Shown here in pieces: positions 1 to 12,460 of a DNA stretch of 64,000 nt (the stretch's first letter is position 1; the number at the start of each line of letters is the position of its first letter). This DNA is from Podarcis erhardii (taxonomy: Eukaryota): assembly GCA_964252035.1 (NCBI GenBank), contig OZ176204.1. One strand, given 5' to 3'. A program made the translations under genes and the position numbers. The notes under the pieces were generated by a model, which had not been told where the DNA came from, did not search any database, and worked only from the letters and a program-made list of their open reading frames with translations.

Positions 1-241
1 AGTGGTACCTCGGGTTTCATATGCTTCAGGTTACATACGCTTCAGGTTACAGACTCTGCTAACCCAGAAATAGTACCTCGGGTTAAGAACTTTGCTTCAG
101 GATAATAACAGAAATCATGCTCCGGTGGCGCGGCAGCAGCAGGAGGCCCCATTAGCTAAAGTGGTACCTCAGGTTAAGAAAAGTTTCAGGTTAAAAACGG
201 ACCTCCGGAATGAATTAAGTACTTAACCCAAGGTACCACTG
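1..241. mobile_element. Tc1/mariner-type MITE, family A (left end cut by the window edge)
   Basis: TIR (C)AGTGGTACCTCGGGTT...TTAACCCAAGGTACCACTG followed by TA; near-identical to the copy at 13912-14153. Confidence 0.85.
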
Positions 242-1039
242 TATATGCAATTTCACTTAAATGCGAGGTGCCTTGGAATGAAACCCCTGTGTGAATCGGG
301 AGTTGCCTGTAAAAGGTTTACTCCCTGACTCCCAGAGGAGCATAACCGTCTGAGCCAGACACCGTGTGTTGTCCAAGATTGATAAGCTAAGAACAAATCT
401 TTGTGTCCCATCATGGCTTCTTTGAAGTGAAACAAACCACACCCCCTGACTTGGACATAATGCCAAGCTAGGAGGCCATGGTTTGCTGCTCCTATTCAGA
501 CTAGGGAAGGTGGTGAAGCAGGAACTTCCTGTGTCTTCATGGTAAACCTTACTGCAAGGGTGGGGGCCATTTTCCAGCCTGCATTCCCTTCTAGGCAACA
601 TTTGGGGAGTGTGTGTGACACATTCCAGGGGTGGGCGGAGCCTAGAGTAAAAGTGGGCGGAGCAATGAATATGCATTTTATAGTAAGCTAGTTTCTGTAC
701 ACAAAGACCTCTCTATCCTTCATCCAGGGAAGCAAGAGGCAACAGCAGAGAGTTCAAGGACATTCCAGCCAGGCAAAAGAACTCAAGGAGATTGTGAAGT
801 AGGGCCATTAGAAGGTGTGGCTGGGAAGGATTCTGGCCTGGGGAGAGTCTCAGGGGCCAGAGAGAAAGGCTTGAGGGGCCACAATAGGCCCATGGACTTC
901 AGGTTCCCCAACCCTTGATGTGTGAATGCACCCATCAAGAGCCCAGATGAAAGGTGTAAGTCTATTTACCTCTGCTGTTACCAGTGATGATGACTTAACT
1001 GTCTGGATACATATGTGCTTTCCTTTTTATTCACCTTAG

Positions 1040-1130
1040 GATTACAGATGCTGTTTTCCCCACATCTTTGACTGTGACAGGATCCCGGTTTTATGTAGGG
1101 AGCAGAAGGAGAAGAAAAGGTTTCTTCACT
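1040..1130 (+). CDS. TSPEAR: TSPEAR coding exon (~exon 4)
   Basis: ccttag|G...ACT|gtgagt; ITDAVFPTSLTVTGSRFYVGSRRRRKGFFT resembles human [30 protein letters not shown]; 91 nt. Confidence 0.92.
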
Positions 1131-1433
1131 GTGAGTACACTATTTGTGTTGAAGAGATTACCATAGCCATTCAGCATACAATGGGCTGGAGATGTGCATT
1201 ATCAGTGCATGCCCATTTAATATCACTTTAACTTTCATTGGTGCCCCCAATAGATTTTGATAATTATAGCTTGGCAAGATACTGTGAATTCCTTGTTTGA
1301 GATTCCTACCACCCCCTCCCCTTGTGGAAATACAGTCCCTTGATTCTCTGAGGAAACTGACCAATTTAAGTCTGATATAGAGACAAGTAGAGACTGCAAC
1401 AAAATGTTGCAGCATACCCATCCTTCTAACAAT

Positions 1434-1635
1434 GGGAAGGGCCAAAGCTCAGTGGTAGAGCACATGTTTAACTTGCAGAAAGTCCAGGTTCAATCCCTGG
1501 CTCCTCCAAGAAGGAGGATTAATTCTCCTACTGAGAATTAGTTAACTATTGATAGCCAGCAAATAGAAATAACGCTGAGGCAGATGGACTGAGGGTCTGG
1601 CTCCGCATGAGCCAGTTTTCTATGTTCTTCCTAAC
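1434..1635 (+). mobile_element. tRNA-derived SINE (Squam2-like), diverged
   Basis: agctcagtggtagagcacatg...ccaggttcaatccctgg head and ...agatggactgagggtctg...ttctatgttc tail; reverse-strand relatives at ~17020-17140, ~24200-24330 and ~62660-62830. Confidence 0.65.
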
Positions 1636-2070
1636 AGGAATACTTCTGTTTCAGCCAGTCATTACCACCAAGCAGGGCGTTCCACTCCCCACCACTCCCC
1701 TAGTTTTCTGTTTTTCTTTTCTGGCTGACACTTAACATACCTGGGGCCTGTTCTGCAGTTACATGCTCCTGTGTAGTGGTGGAGCAAGAGACACTGCAGG
1801 TGAAGTCGAACTCTGAGGATAATGGAGGAGCCATGTTTTCAGACCAAGGCAGTGTTGAAGACTAGCGCATCATCTGACTCAGAACCCTCTTCAGCAGTGC
1901 TGGCTGATGGCTATTGGGATTGGTGGGCCAGAAGGCAGGAAGGTCAACAGTGGGTAGAGCCAGAACCAATGAGAGGCGGAGCCAACTGATTCTATTTTTG
2001 TCCCCGTCTTCCTTCAGGCTGAGGGGCAACGCTGAGACTCATGAGAAATAAGGAGACAGGCAGTGTCAAC

Positions 2071-2403
2071 CAGTGGCGGAGGAAGCATAGGGGCAGGGTG
2101 AGGGTGAGGCGATCCACCCAGAGCAGTGGGGTGAGGATGGGGCAATCTGCCCATAGGGGCAGGGTGCACCATGGAGCCTCCTCCCAGTCAGCCGCCCTAC
2201 AGCTGCAGAGGAGGCAGCGGGTGTACCGTTTGGGCCGCACGGAGCCTGTGCACACCCAAGCAACCCTGTCTCTTCCAGGAGAAATGCATGACTCGGGCAT
2301 GCTGCAGCCCCCACGGTGAGTGCTGCCCACCATTTTGTCACCCCCATCAGTGGTGACACCCGAGGTGGCTCACACCCACCGCACCCCCCTTCCTCCGCCC
2401 CTG
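2071..2403. mobile_element. GC-rich hAT-type MITE
   Basis: Termini CAGTGGCGGAGGAAG / CTTCCTCCGCCCCTG; degenerate 8-bp flanks gtgtcaac / gggccacc. Confidence 0.6.
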
Positions 2404-2419
2404 GGGCCACCCTCTAGAC

Positions 2420-2557
2420 CAGCCTTTCTCAACTTGTGGGTCCCCAGATGTTGTTGGACTACAACTCCCATCACCCCTAGCTAGCAAGGCCAGAGCTCAG
2501 GGATGATGGGAGTTGTACTCCAACAACATCTGGAGACCCACAGGTTGAGAACCACTG
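2420..2557. mobile_element. Palindromic hAT (Charlie-like) MITE
   Basis: CAGCCTTTCTCAACTTGTGGGTCCCCAGATGTTGTTGG...CCAACAACATCTGGAGACCCACAGGTTGAGAACCACTG; flanks ctctagac / ctcttagac match the NTCTAGAN target preference. Degenerate relatives at ~5790, ~15680, ~24080, ~35700. Confidence 0.8.
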
Positions 2558-3373
2558 CTCTTAGACTATTTGTACAGTAAGTAAGAAGGCAGACAGGTAG
2601 AGTGGCTGAAGGCAGACTGAGGTTGGTGGGTCAGTGCCCCATTTGCCCAAGAGGGCCAGCCTTCACTGCTTTTCAAGCCAACACAGGTACCCTGAGGTAG
2701 GGGATGTGACAATTTTATGTAGGCTGTGAGGTGAGATATTGATAAAAAGTGGTCTGCGTTAAGAGTTTCTGTGACATTCATCAGCCATGTTCTGTGCAGG
2801 CCTCATAAAACTCTGGAGTATGCAAAGCTCTGCATAAAGATCAAACCAACTTCAGAACAGACCCTGAGGGAATCACACTGATGGAAGCCATGGTACTAAT
2901 CTGCTAGGAATGCTTTGGCTTTCCCTCTCTCTTGTAGCATTTCCAGATAAACAGCAGATGCATACATGGAACAGCTTCTGTTCATTTCTGGGTTGCTGGT
3001 GATAATTTTTAGCCATTTTCTCAGATAGATCAGCAGGCTTTCATGAGCAGACATTGCAACAGATACATAATTCCGTGTGTGGCTGGGACTGGGAGACACG
3101 ATTGAGTGAGAGATAAAATTCTGTTTTCCCTTCTTTTAAAACTAACTTGTGAAAAGAAGCCGACAGGAGCAGAGAAGCGTCTGGTTCAAGATAACTCAGC
3201 CTTTGGGGAGGAGGATCTGAGTGTTCCATGCCCTCAAATTATGGACAAGATAAAAGCTGATAATAAGCCTACAAAGCCAAAGGAAAGCCAATCTGATAGC
3301 CAATGATTTTCATAGCAAAAATCACAGGCAGAAAGACACAGAAACCTCTTAGGCAAGAAAGATGAGTCAAGGG

Positions 3374-3807
3374 TAGGGATGGGGCAGAAATTGGGTTCAG
3401 TTACCATTTCAAGGCAAACTTGCAGAAATTTTCCGAAACAAAATGTGAAACGGAACACAGCCACCCTTGGAAATTCACACTCCACCAGTTTTTGCATTAT
3501 AGTTCTCCAGCCAAGTAATGTGCACAAAATGCTTATACTAAGTTAAAGTGTGCATATAAATACATGTATTGGTGAGAAGGTTATATGAAAGTGCATTATA
3601 TTACAGAAATTGCTTTGCAAAAAATGTGTATATGAGGAAAAATTGCATAAAACAATGTGCATATTAGGAGAAATGTGCAGTAAAATGTTACCAAATTTTC
3701 ATTAGGACTTTTTTAAAAAATGCAAATGTGTGCTATATGTGGAGAACTGAAAACTGGAAAAACAAGAAATGGAGAGAAGCCAGAACCAACACTTTCATTC
3801 ATCTCTG
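3374..3807. mobile_element. hAT-type element (TAGGGATG termini), older copy
   Basis: tagggatggg...catctctg; internally homologous to 4275-4660 (gttctccagccaagtaatgtg...ggagaactgaa). Confidence 0.65.
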
Positions 3808-4274
3808 GTCCATGTGATATCTGAAGAGAACACAGATATACTGAAACAATGAGAAACCCAGTAGAACACTAATAATCCAGCCATCTGTGGGGATTTTATT
3901 TATTTATTTATTTTCAAAATGTCTATGCCACTTGCAGTTTAACAAAACTTCCAGGGTGGCTCATAATAGTCGTTAAAACAAATTCAGATAGCTATAGATA
4001 TCACTTAACAATGATGGAATTGTAAAAAAACCTAAAGAGAGTAATAAAAACTAGCAGCAACCAATAAAATTTATTGGATTAAAACCAGCTGCCATGTTGG
4101 AAAGGCTGACTAAATAAAAATGTCTGCTGTGGGAAGGACATCTAATTCAATATCAGGCAAGGCTCTCGGGGGAGAACATACAATGTGTGGGCTGCCAGAA
4201 GGACCAGGGAAAGGGGTGGGACCCCTTTCTTCTGTCATCACCAACCTCATTTCAGAAGGCAGAGGGATTTTAAG

Positions 4275-4660
4275 TAGGGATGGGAGAGAAATTTGATTCA
4301 GCTTGCATTTAAATGTAGACTTAGCTAATTCACACTTCTCCAGATTTTGCAGCACAGTTCTCCAGCCAAGTAATGTGTACAAAAATGCATATACTAGGGT
4401 AAATTGTGCATATAAATTCATATGTATGCTACTGAAAGTAGCGTACAAAAATGCATAGGTGAAAATGCTTTGCAAAAAATGTCTATATTAGGCAAAACTG
4501 CATACAAAATGTGTATTTAGGAGAAATTTGCACTAAAATGCTGCTATGTTTTCAGGACGACTTTAGAAAGTAATAATCACAAGCTGATGTAGAAATATGG
4601 AGAACTGAACTTAAAACTGGACAAATGAGATAATGAAATTGATGTATTTGGCCATCCCTA
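4275..4660. mobile_element. hAT-type element (TAGGGATG termini)
   Basis: attttaag|TAGGGATGG...CCATCCCTA|attttaag: perfect 8-bp TSD. Confidence 0.85.
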
Positions 4661-7251
4661 ATTTTAAGCAGGGGCCTCCAATTATCACCTTAGCAATCAC
4701 ACAGGTTCATATAAAAGAAAACCATTCTCTAGATATCTGGGCCCCAGACTATTTAGGGGTTTAAAAGGGAAGCATTACCACTTTGAATTGTGCCTGAAAA
4801 TGGCCTATCAGCCACATTAGTTTAAAAACTGGAGGGATACCTAGAGGGGTGGTGAACTATCCCTGGAGGTTTTCAAGCAGGGGCTGTTCGGAATGCTCTG
4901 TTTTTCTGCATTAAGGAGGGTTTTTTGGCTATGAGATGTGTTCCATTTGGTTGGTTCAAGTTACAAAACCTACAGAACGGACACAGTATATCAAAACGAG
5001 GGTCAGAGCACTGTGAATCCACACACACAAATGTAACAAGTCATTGTGAGTGTGCCTTCTCTAGGAATTTACAGCTCTGTGGTCCTTAACCCCTTCATTT
5101 ACTAACTAGCATAGATACTAGCATTGTTAGGTTTGACTGCCAAAACTCCCACACTTTTGCATCCCAGAAAACGTGATTTGTTTCTGAGTACATCTTTGCG
5201 ACAAAACCACCTATCCCTTTCTTAATGTTTTGCGATGGTTAAAGGTCAACAATCGTTCATTTTTTTTAAAAAAATAATGTTTTCTTGAAATGCTTTCAAT
5301 TGTAGTCAAAAAGAGTCTTTGCAAGATCAGGTAGAACAAACAGGAAATGAAGAAGACATTAGCTGAAGTGATTTATGCTGATCTTCATCTCGCAGTTACA
5401 AATGATTTATTAAATTCAGATTATGACAAAACAGCCTGAAGCGTACATCTCAAACTTAAAGAGAGTGAAAAGCGAAACTATTTGCACCGAGGGTGTGGGT
5501 GTGTGCTCAGGATGGGTGGCTGAAAGTGGTGTATTGGGGGAGTGCTAGAACTGGCTCTAAGGGGATAATTGGAAGATGGGGGGTCTGGCAAATTGTTTCT
5601 GAGATGCTGAGAGTAAATTTAGAGAGAGAAACTAGTGCAGGAAAGCAATAAAAAGGATCCAGTTACTGTCCCAAAAGACTTATAGATGAATGAGAGGCAT
5701 AGGGGAAGCAGTAATTCTAGACCAGGTGTGGGAATCCTTTGGGCTTCCACATGCCGCTGAACTATAGCTGTCAACCCTGCCATTGTGTTCAATGACAAAG
5801 GATTATGGGAGTTCAGCAACATCTGGAGGTTCAGAGGTTCTCCACACCTGTTCTAGGCAAATTGGGTGCCAGACATGTAGCATGCAGGGACACCACCTAC
5901 AAGTCCAGGGAATTTTGTCTCTTGCTCCCCTTTCTGAATTAGATTTCACTTGCTCACTTCTCAGGAAGACTCAGAAGTCATAGCGGCCAACAGTAGATAG
6001 AGGCAGAGCCACTGATAGGCAGAGCCAGCTCTTCTCCCTGCTGAGTTCCAAAGGGGGCAGCTCTGAGGAAGAGGAGGAGGAGGAGGAACTTGACAGCCAG
6101 AGCCACCTCCAGGACTAGTAGTAAGAAAGAAGGCAGGGCAGGTGGGGGCTGGCTGAACGCAGATTGAGGCTGGTGGGACAGTGTCCCATATGCCCAAATG
6201 GATCAGCCTCCACTCCTAGCACCTCTGTTTCTGCCAGCTCACTGCTTCTAAATGTGCCCCTGAGGACATTATATTCCACGGACTGGTTGAATAGTCATTC
6301 CCTTATTTGAAGTGAAGCCTATTGGAAGTGAAGGAAAATACTCACCACACTCTTACAACTATTGCACATGTGTGCTTTTTTCCTAATCTCCCTCCTCGGA
6401 CAAGCAGCCAGCCTGGCAGGTTTTTGTTACATACCTATGTTAAATAATGTATAGCTAGATCCTTAGTTCAAGAAAATATGGAATAGTAAGTTTTCTTAGA
6501 TTACAGGGTGTGGGTTTTCCTCCACCAGTAGAAGCTTATTTCCACATTAGCTTCAGCAATAGTTTAATCCCTATCAGAGTGGCAGGGTAACCATTGCAGA
6601 AGTGTTTTATAACAAACCAGTGTTAACATGGGGTAGTATACTGTTGTTTGAAAGGCAAGTGCTCCTTAATATCTGGCATTCCATGAAGACCTAGTATGTT
6701 TGTGCATGAAATGCTGCTTTGATCTGCATCTACACTGTGGTGTATAATTCAGCCATACACTTCCAACAAGGTCAACATAACATGAAAGTGTCATAATTTC
6801 TCTCATGTTCCCTATTACCCTCAACGTTAATGTGGATAGTAAAAGGACAGATTAGTCAAAGAATTATTGCTCATATATCATACTTGTTCACCCATCGTGT
6901 ACACATTGGTGAGAAGTTGCTCTTGTGAATAAAGAATAAAGGCCAGCAGCACAGAACTTCTTTTGAGCAGAACCTCTGAGCTCAGCCCTGGAATCAATGT
7001 TCAATGGCACATTCAATAGCCCGCTAACACATAGAGCAATATGAAGAGGCTGCCCCTGAGCACCTGATGAGTCACAATTGCTCCCCACACATATGAAAAT
7101 TGGGGCCCATGATTTTTCAAATGGGCTTAAGCCCCGTCATCAACTGAACAAAGAAAGAAAGAAAGAAAATCAATGTTGTAAACATACCAACCATGGTCTT
7201 CCAACAACCCTGAATGATTTCATTCCCTAGTCTGTCTTCCTCTCTTTTCAG

Positions 7252-7408
7252 GGCTTGCTAAGGCAGCTGGTCCTGTTGCCAGGATCTGATGCTACCTCAA
7301 GGATGTGCACTGGCATGAACTTTAATCTAGCAGTGCTCTCCATCCCTAAAATTCTGCAGGATCTCCCCGTGAAACCAGCGGGCAATGGGCTGCTGAAATA
7401 CCCTTACG
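7252..7408 (+). CDS. TSPEAR: TSPEAR coding exon (~exon 5)
   Basis: ttttcag|GGC...TAC G|gtcagt; [52 protein letters not shown]; 157 nt. Confidence 0.94.
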
Positions 7409-8740
7409 GTCAGTAAAACAAACAAAATAGGTTTTGAGGTGCTTCCAACAACTTGCATTAGGAAACTATAGAGGAGAACAAGCTGGTAACCCTTCCAAGG
7501 GCAGAGAGAGAGCCTGGAGTTAGAACAGATCTGGGCTGATTGACTTGCAGCAGCAGAAGGGTACCATTTCACATTTCACTTTTCACATAATACTATTCTG
7601 TTTCGTTTCCCTCTTCAATAAAATTGTGAGATTGATTCCTTGCAGTTAATGAACCTTTCTTCCTTGCGGACCTTTTCACTGATATACATAATATATTGCT
7701 TTAAGCTGCCCAGAAAACTTTGTATCTTAGGACAAATGCCGTTAATAAACAAAAACATTGTACAGTGTTTCTGTTATCAAATGCAAAACAATATTTCTTG
7801 CTTATATTTTGATGACAGCAACATATGTCTGCTTTGCCGTTTACTAGTGGAAAGGTGTCACCACAGAGAAGGCCCTGCTCCTTATCCCTACCTGCCTGAC
7901 TTCGGAGGCTGGCAAGACTTGGAGCAGAGCCTCTCCTGCAAATCTTACCATCCAGTAGTGTGTATATATGGGAGAAGAAATTGTATACATTGCCAACAAA
8001 ACCACAATCTGAAGTGATGGTTTGTTGTTTTGCTTATGAATCTTGGTTTGTTTTAACTATATCTTTTTTAAAAAAATAATAATTATTATTTTCAGTAAAC
8101 ATAGTAAAAAAAAAAAGATTAACAATAATGAAAACAAAGAAAAAGAGAAAAAAGAAAAAAGATACATACAGCATATTACCACTTAATTAATTAAAATTAA
8201 GTACCATCCATCTTCATAAACATAGTATTTGACTTCCTCGAATCTCTTCCATCCGAATTTCTTAGTAATTATATGTAGCAGTTTCCAATATCATGTTTTA
8301 ACTAAATCTTGGTGTTATGTGTGAACCCAGCAGCCTGCCTTTACCATGGCTTATTTGGTGACTTCATCCGCTAGACCAGTGGTTCCCAACCTTTTTTTGG
8401 CCATGCCCCACCTAAGCATCTCTAAAATCCTGATGCCACCCCCCCATAACATATAATTTTTATTATTCAAAAAGTGAACTATTCATGTGGAGGAAGCCTA
8501 AGGCCATTCACTGTTTATAACTCATTCTCAAATTGCCCCCCCCCCCAAAAAAAAATCAAAGACCATACTTGTCCAGTGGCAAATGAACACAGAGAAAAAC
8601 ATGTTTATAGCCAAGCATTATCTCACATAATCCAGTGCAGTTGCGTATTGATATCTATAATTGCATTTCTTGTAGTGCCAGAGCAAGTATTTATTTGCTA
8701 ATTTGCTTGTGTGTTGTTGTTTTTAACTGTTATCATTCAG

Positions 8741-8872
8741 AAGCAGACATGAAGGTGACTTTGGGGTCTCGCCCTCCCTGTACCAAAAGTGAAAGTGGTC
8801 AGTTCTGGTTTAATGCTGCTCAGAAAGGGCTATTTATATGCAACGGGGATAAATGGATTTCCTTGCTAGAAG
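8741..8872 (+). CDS. TSPEAR: TSPEAR coding exon (~exon 6)
   Basis: attcag|AA...GAA G|gtaagc; (E)ADMKVTLGSRPPCTKSESGQFWFNAAQKGLFICNGDKWISLLE; 132 nt. Confidence 0.95.
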
Positions 8873-8944
8873 GTAAGCCTTTCTGGGTACAGATTGATTG
8901 GTTGTATTTCTGTGCCGCTCAAATCGGCTTACAAACAATAAATA

Positions 8945-9490
8945 ACAAATTGTTTGGCCTCCGTCTGTCTCGGGAGACAATACAGGAATGTGCCTTTGGG
9001 GGTGAAGTCAAACCTTTGGGGAATTACAGCACCTGCTGTGGCAGTAGAGACCAAAATGGGAAAGACATGTTTTGTTGCAGCTGGGGCAGATGAGGGTGTT
9101 CGGTTGTGCTGGTGCAGGTAAAGCTTGGCATTTCTTCTTTCTGCGCTCCTCCAAGCAGTCATTCCTCTTCTGGTCACTTCTGTGGTTGCACAACCTGACT
9201 GCCTGTCTCCAGGTGCTGTGGTCATCTGTGAGGGATTCTTTCACGGTGGAGTTAATGTTGCCAGCCTTCACATCATGTTTCCAGACATCTTTGTAATGCA
9301 GGGTTGGTCTGCCAGCAGGCCTGGTGCCTGAAGCCAGTTCCTTGGGGATCCTGCCATTTTCTATTGTGTGTACATGACCAAGGCAGTGTAGATGTCAATG
9401 AGATAGAAGCGCAAACATGCTGAGAGGGGCTCAGCCACCATGTTTAAACTGGCATCTGAGCAGAGAAGCTAGATCTAAATGTGAAAGGTA
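8945..9490 (-). mobile_element. RTE-clade LINE 3' remnant
   Basis: The - strand translates to RTE ORF C-terminal motifs (LGHVHTIENGRIPKELASGTRPAGRPTLHYKDV; ICPSCNKTCLSHFGLYCHSRCC; ORF 9008..9271), followed by an RTE-like 3' UTR. Boundaries approximate. Confidence 0.8.
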
Positions 9491-9665
9491 AGTTTGAATA
9501 GGATCAGGAGTAAGGGAAACCAGAAGGAATGAGAGGGGAATTCAGGCCCAAGGAAGAGGGTCACAGAAGGGGTGAGGAGGAGAAGATAAATCATTTCAGG
9601 AATGCTAATTCTGCTGGATCATTCTGCCTTCAGAATCCCCTTATTAATGCCATTTGATTTCATAG

Positions 9666-9898
9666 TTGAAGAAAGACTGGACTATCTGGAAGAATACCAG
9701 AGTTTAGCTACAAATTCTGAAACCATGGGCATTGAGGTCTTTGTCATCCCTGACGTGGGACTCTTTGCAGCTACTGCTAATCGGTACACTCCTCCAGGGT
9801 CAGCCATCTACAAATGGACAGATGAGAAATTTGTGGCATACCAAAATATTCCCACTTACCAAGCCCAGTCCTGGAAATTCTTTACTATCGGAAAAAAG
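9666..9898 (+). CDS. TSPEAR: TSPEAR coding exon (~exon 7, EAR repeat start)
   Basis: tttcatag|TT...AAG|gtaaat; (V)[25 protein letters not shown]...[13 protein letters not shown]; 233 nt. Confidence 0.95.
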
Positions 9899-11063
9899 GT
9901 AAATTGTAAGTTAATTTTCAGTATTACTGGATACTCCACTATTCCCATCAGCTTTTCTCTCTGGTCTTTTTCTGACACCTCCCTTACCAGTTCCTTAACT
10001 GGCAGTTAACCCCCCATCTGACAGTCAACTCCCAACTGAATTGGAACCTTAAGCCATTAAGAATCTACTGTCATCCAGACCGATCGGATTAAATTTACCT
10101 GATCCAGGCCCCACCTAATACATTTATAAAGTGATAATTCTCTCTCTCTCTCCCCTCTGTCATAACCTGTCCCCAAGAACTACTACTATGTAGGCTTGCA
10201 ACACCATGACAAATCAAGGCACTTTGATAAAGGTCACAACACATTTCCCCCTTCAAACACAAATAAATATACAGATATAGATTGAAATGGATATAGACAT
10301 AATTCCTCCACACCTCCATACTGGTGTTCTTATTTATCTAGAACAGAGATGGGGGGAACTCCTTACCATTTGGCCAGCAAGGGTAGGAATTCCTTTGATT
10401 GAGAAAGGTGTATTCCTAGCTACCCATCAGTTTCAACTCCTCCTTGTGATTTTCCTTCAGAACTCTGCAGTTTGAAGCATGGAGGGGGCTGTGTTTGAAA
10501 GTGCACTCCTACCCACCCATCAGCTGATAAATGGTCAGCATGTGCCTTGATCAAGGCTTTCAAATGCGCCCCCCCCCCTGTGTTTCTTCAAACCATGATA
10601 CTTCAAAGGGAAACATCACATGACATCAGTATGTCAGGTGTTGGGCAGGTGGGCAGCCCTGCCCACCTGTCAACTTTGGCCTGCCAGGGTGGAGAAGAGA
10701 TCCAGCCCTCTGGCCAGAAAAAGTTCCCCACACTTGCTCTAGAAGAAGAGATTTGGAGCAGGCAGTTCTAGAAGACTTTAGCAGACCAAGAATCTCATAC
10801 CAGAGATGTTTGGTGGCAAAGTGCAAGAGCTTTTCTAAGCTGACTTTCATTGCACTGCTGTGTCTTGCTCTATTGCTATTTATGAAATATGGCTTCTGTA
10901 GCGGTTTCACTATTTTATTGTAGGAAATTCTGAGAGCATTTTATGGAGTGTGCCCAATAAATATTCCAAATAAAGTATGTGTGGTCTGGGGTGGGGTGGG
11001 GGGAAGAATAGCATATTTTCACATTTTGAGAGTTTTTCCTCTCTGGAAAAGAACCTGTTGTGC

Positions 11064-11335
11064 TTACAGGCCTTCAAAATAGGCCCCCTCTGATACAATG
11101 CACCATTGACAACGTTCATAGAACTGTTGGAAACTTCTGGAAAAGTCCTCTTTTCGTACTGCTTTCAGTTCTGCCATCACAGCAGCTTGGATGTATGAAA
11201 TGTTGGAAAATCTGTGCCCTTTCAGTGCAGATTTCAGTTTTGGAAAAATAAAGAAATCCAATGGGGCCAGACTGGGAAAATATGGAGGGTGGGACAACTC
11301 AGTAACCTTAGTAACGATTTCACGCAGAATATATG
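11064..11335 (-). mobile_element. Mariner transposase C-terminal remnant
   Basis: ORF 11064..11297: HPPYFPSLAPLDFFIFPKLKSALKGHRF...FYERCQWCIVSEGAYFEGL resembles the mariner HPPYSPDLAPxDF...GxYFE* signature. No clear TIRs seen. Confidence 0.85.
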
Positions 11336-11388
11336 GATTGTTCTGTGCAAGAAGAGAGACTGAGCTGTTGTAGCTTCTTGTTTTTCAG

Positions 11389-11575
11389 ATTTTCCTTGCA
11401 GTGGCAAATTTTGAAGCAAATGAAAGGGGTCAAGAGTTTTCTGTGATTTACAAGTGGAACTACAGAAAGGAGAAATTCACTGTGTACCAGAGGATCAACA
11501 CATACAGTGCTCGAGACTGGGAGGCATTCGTCATTGATGGAGAGGCCTTCCTCGCAGTGGCTAATCATAGAAAAG
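11389..11575 (+). CDS. TSPEAR: TSPEAR coding exon (~exon 8)
   Basis: ttttcag|ATT...AAA G|gtatct; [62 protein letters not shown]; 187 nt. Confidence 0.96.
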
Positions 11576-11843
11576 GTATCTAGTTGCCAATGCACAGTGA
11601 CACCAATTGGCATGTGCAAAATCCCTTCCCTTTGCCATTGGACAACCAGAACCACCTGGCGAGCACCTGCTTTCCTTACATATGTTCTGTTCCTCTTAAC
11701 AGCTGTGTGGCATGCATCAAGTCAACAGGTGCAACTTTTGGCATGGAAATGCCGTGATGAGGGAAAAGCTGCCCTTGATTAATTTAATCTATCTATCTAT
11801 CTATCTAGACTATGCCCTGCTTGCAAGACACAGAGGACAAGTA

Positions 11844-12103
11844 CAGTGGATGCTGGGGTTGCAAACGTGATCTGTGTGGGATGCATGTTTGCAACCCACA
11901 GCATTCGCAACCCACGTCTGTGTGTCTGTGCACGTGCGGGTTGCGATTTAGCGCTTCTGCGCATGTGCAAAGCACGATTTAGTGCTTCTGTGCATGCACA
12001 ACCGCCAAAACCCGGAAGTAACCCGTTCCAGTACTTCCGGGTTTCAGCGGTCCGTAACTCGAAGAAATGCAACCTGAAGCGGCTGTAACCCAAGGTATGA
12101 CTG
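11844..12103. mobile_element. Tc1/mariner-type MITE, family B
   Basis: TA|CAGTGGATGCTGGGGTTGC...GTAACCCAAGGTATGACTG|TA; shares the internal ggaagtaaccc.ttccagtacttccgggtt with the 25758-26031 copy. Confidence 0.8.
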
Positions 12104-12106
12104 TAT

Positions 12107-12290
12107 CTTAGATGACTTTCAAAGGGGATTAAATGAATGTGTATAGGGATAGGTCTGCTAGTCTCCACTAAACCGCTGTTCCTCGGGGGAGAGCTACTGC
12201 ATGGAGGCATCTGGTTGACCACTGTGGAAAGCAGGATACTGGATTAGCTGGATCCTTGGTCTCATTCATCCAGGTTTGTGTTCTTAGGAG
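12107..12290 (+). mobile_element. CR1 LINE 3'-end remnant (old)
   Basis: ttagatgactttcaaaggggatta...ggcatctggttgaccactgtg...caggatactggattag...ttctta is a typical squamate CR1 3' tail; a similar tail is at ~51920-52000. Confidence 0.6.
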
Positions 12291-12460
12291 ACTCTTCCAC
12301 CAAAAGTGACTCTTCAACAAAGAGAGATACTGCAAGGGATTGCTGAAGCTGCTGTCACTGTAGCTACTGCAATCAGCAGTCCAACTGACTGCAGCCTTCC
12401 CTTGTGGTGTTAATCAAGAGTTTTTGTAGGGTCTATAACAGGGAAATAACGAGTCACACT

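Larger units (their letters stand above)
1895..2668. mobile_element. Old hAT-type non-autonomous element containing two nested hAT MITEs
   Basis: Termini cagtgctggctg / cagccttcactg; flanks ctcttcag / cttttcaa (6/8 match). The internal sequence resembles the uninterrupted relative at ~5990-6215. Confidence 0.55.

Noticed and set aside
1434-1510. tRNA-Ala-like gene
   Set aside because: Anticodon arm is degenerate and it is followed by SINE body sequence.
1992-2410. Overlapping 60-114 aa ORFs on both strands
   Set aside because: They arise from the GC-rich hAT MITE at 2071-2403 and show no protein-family features.
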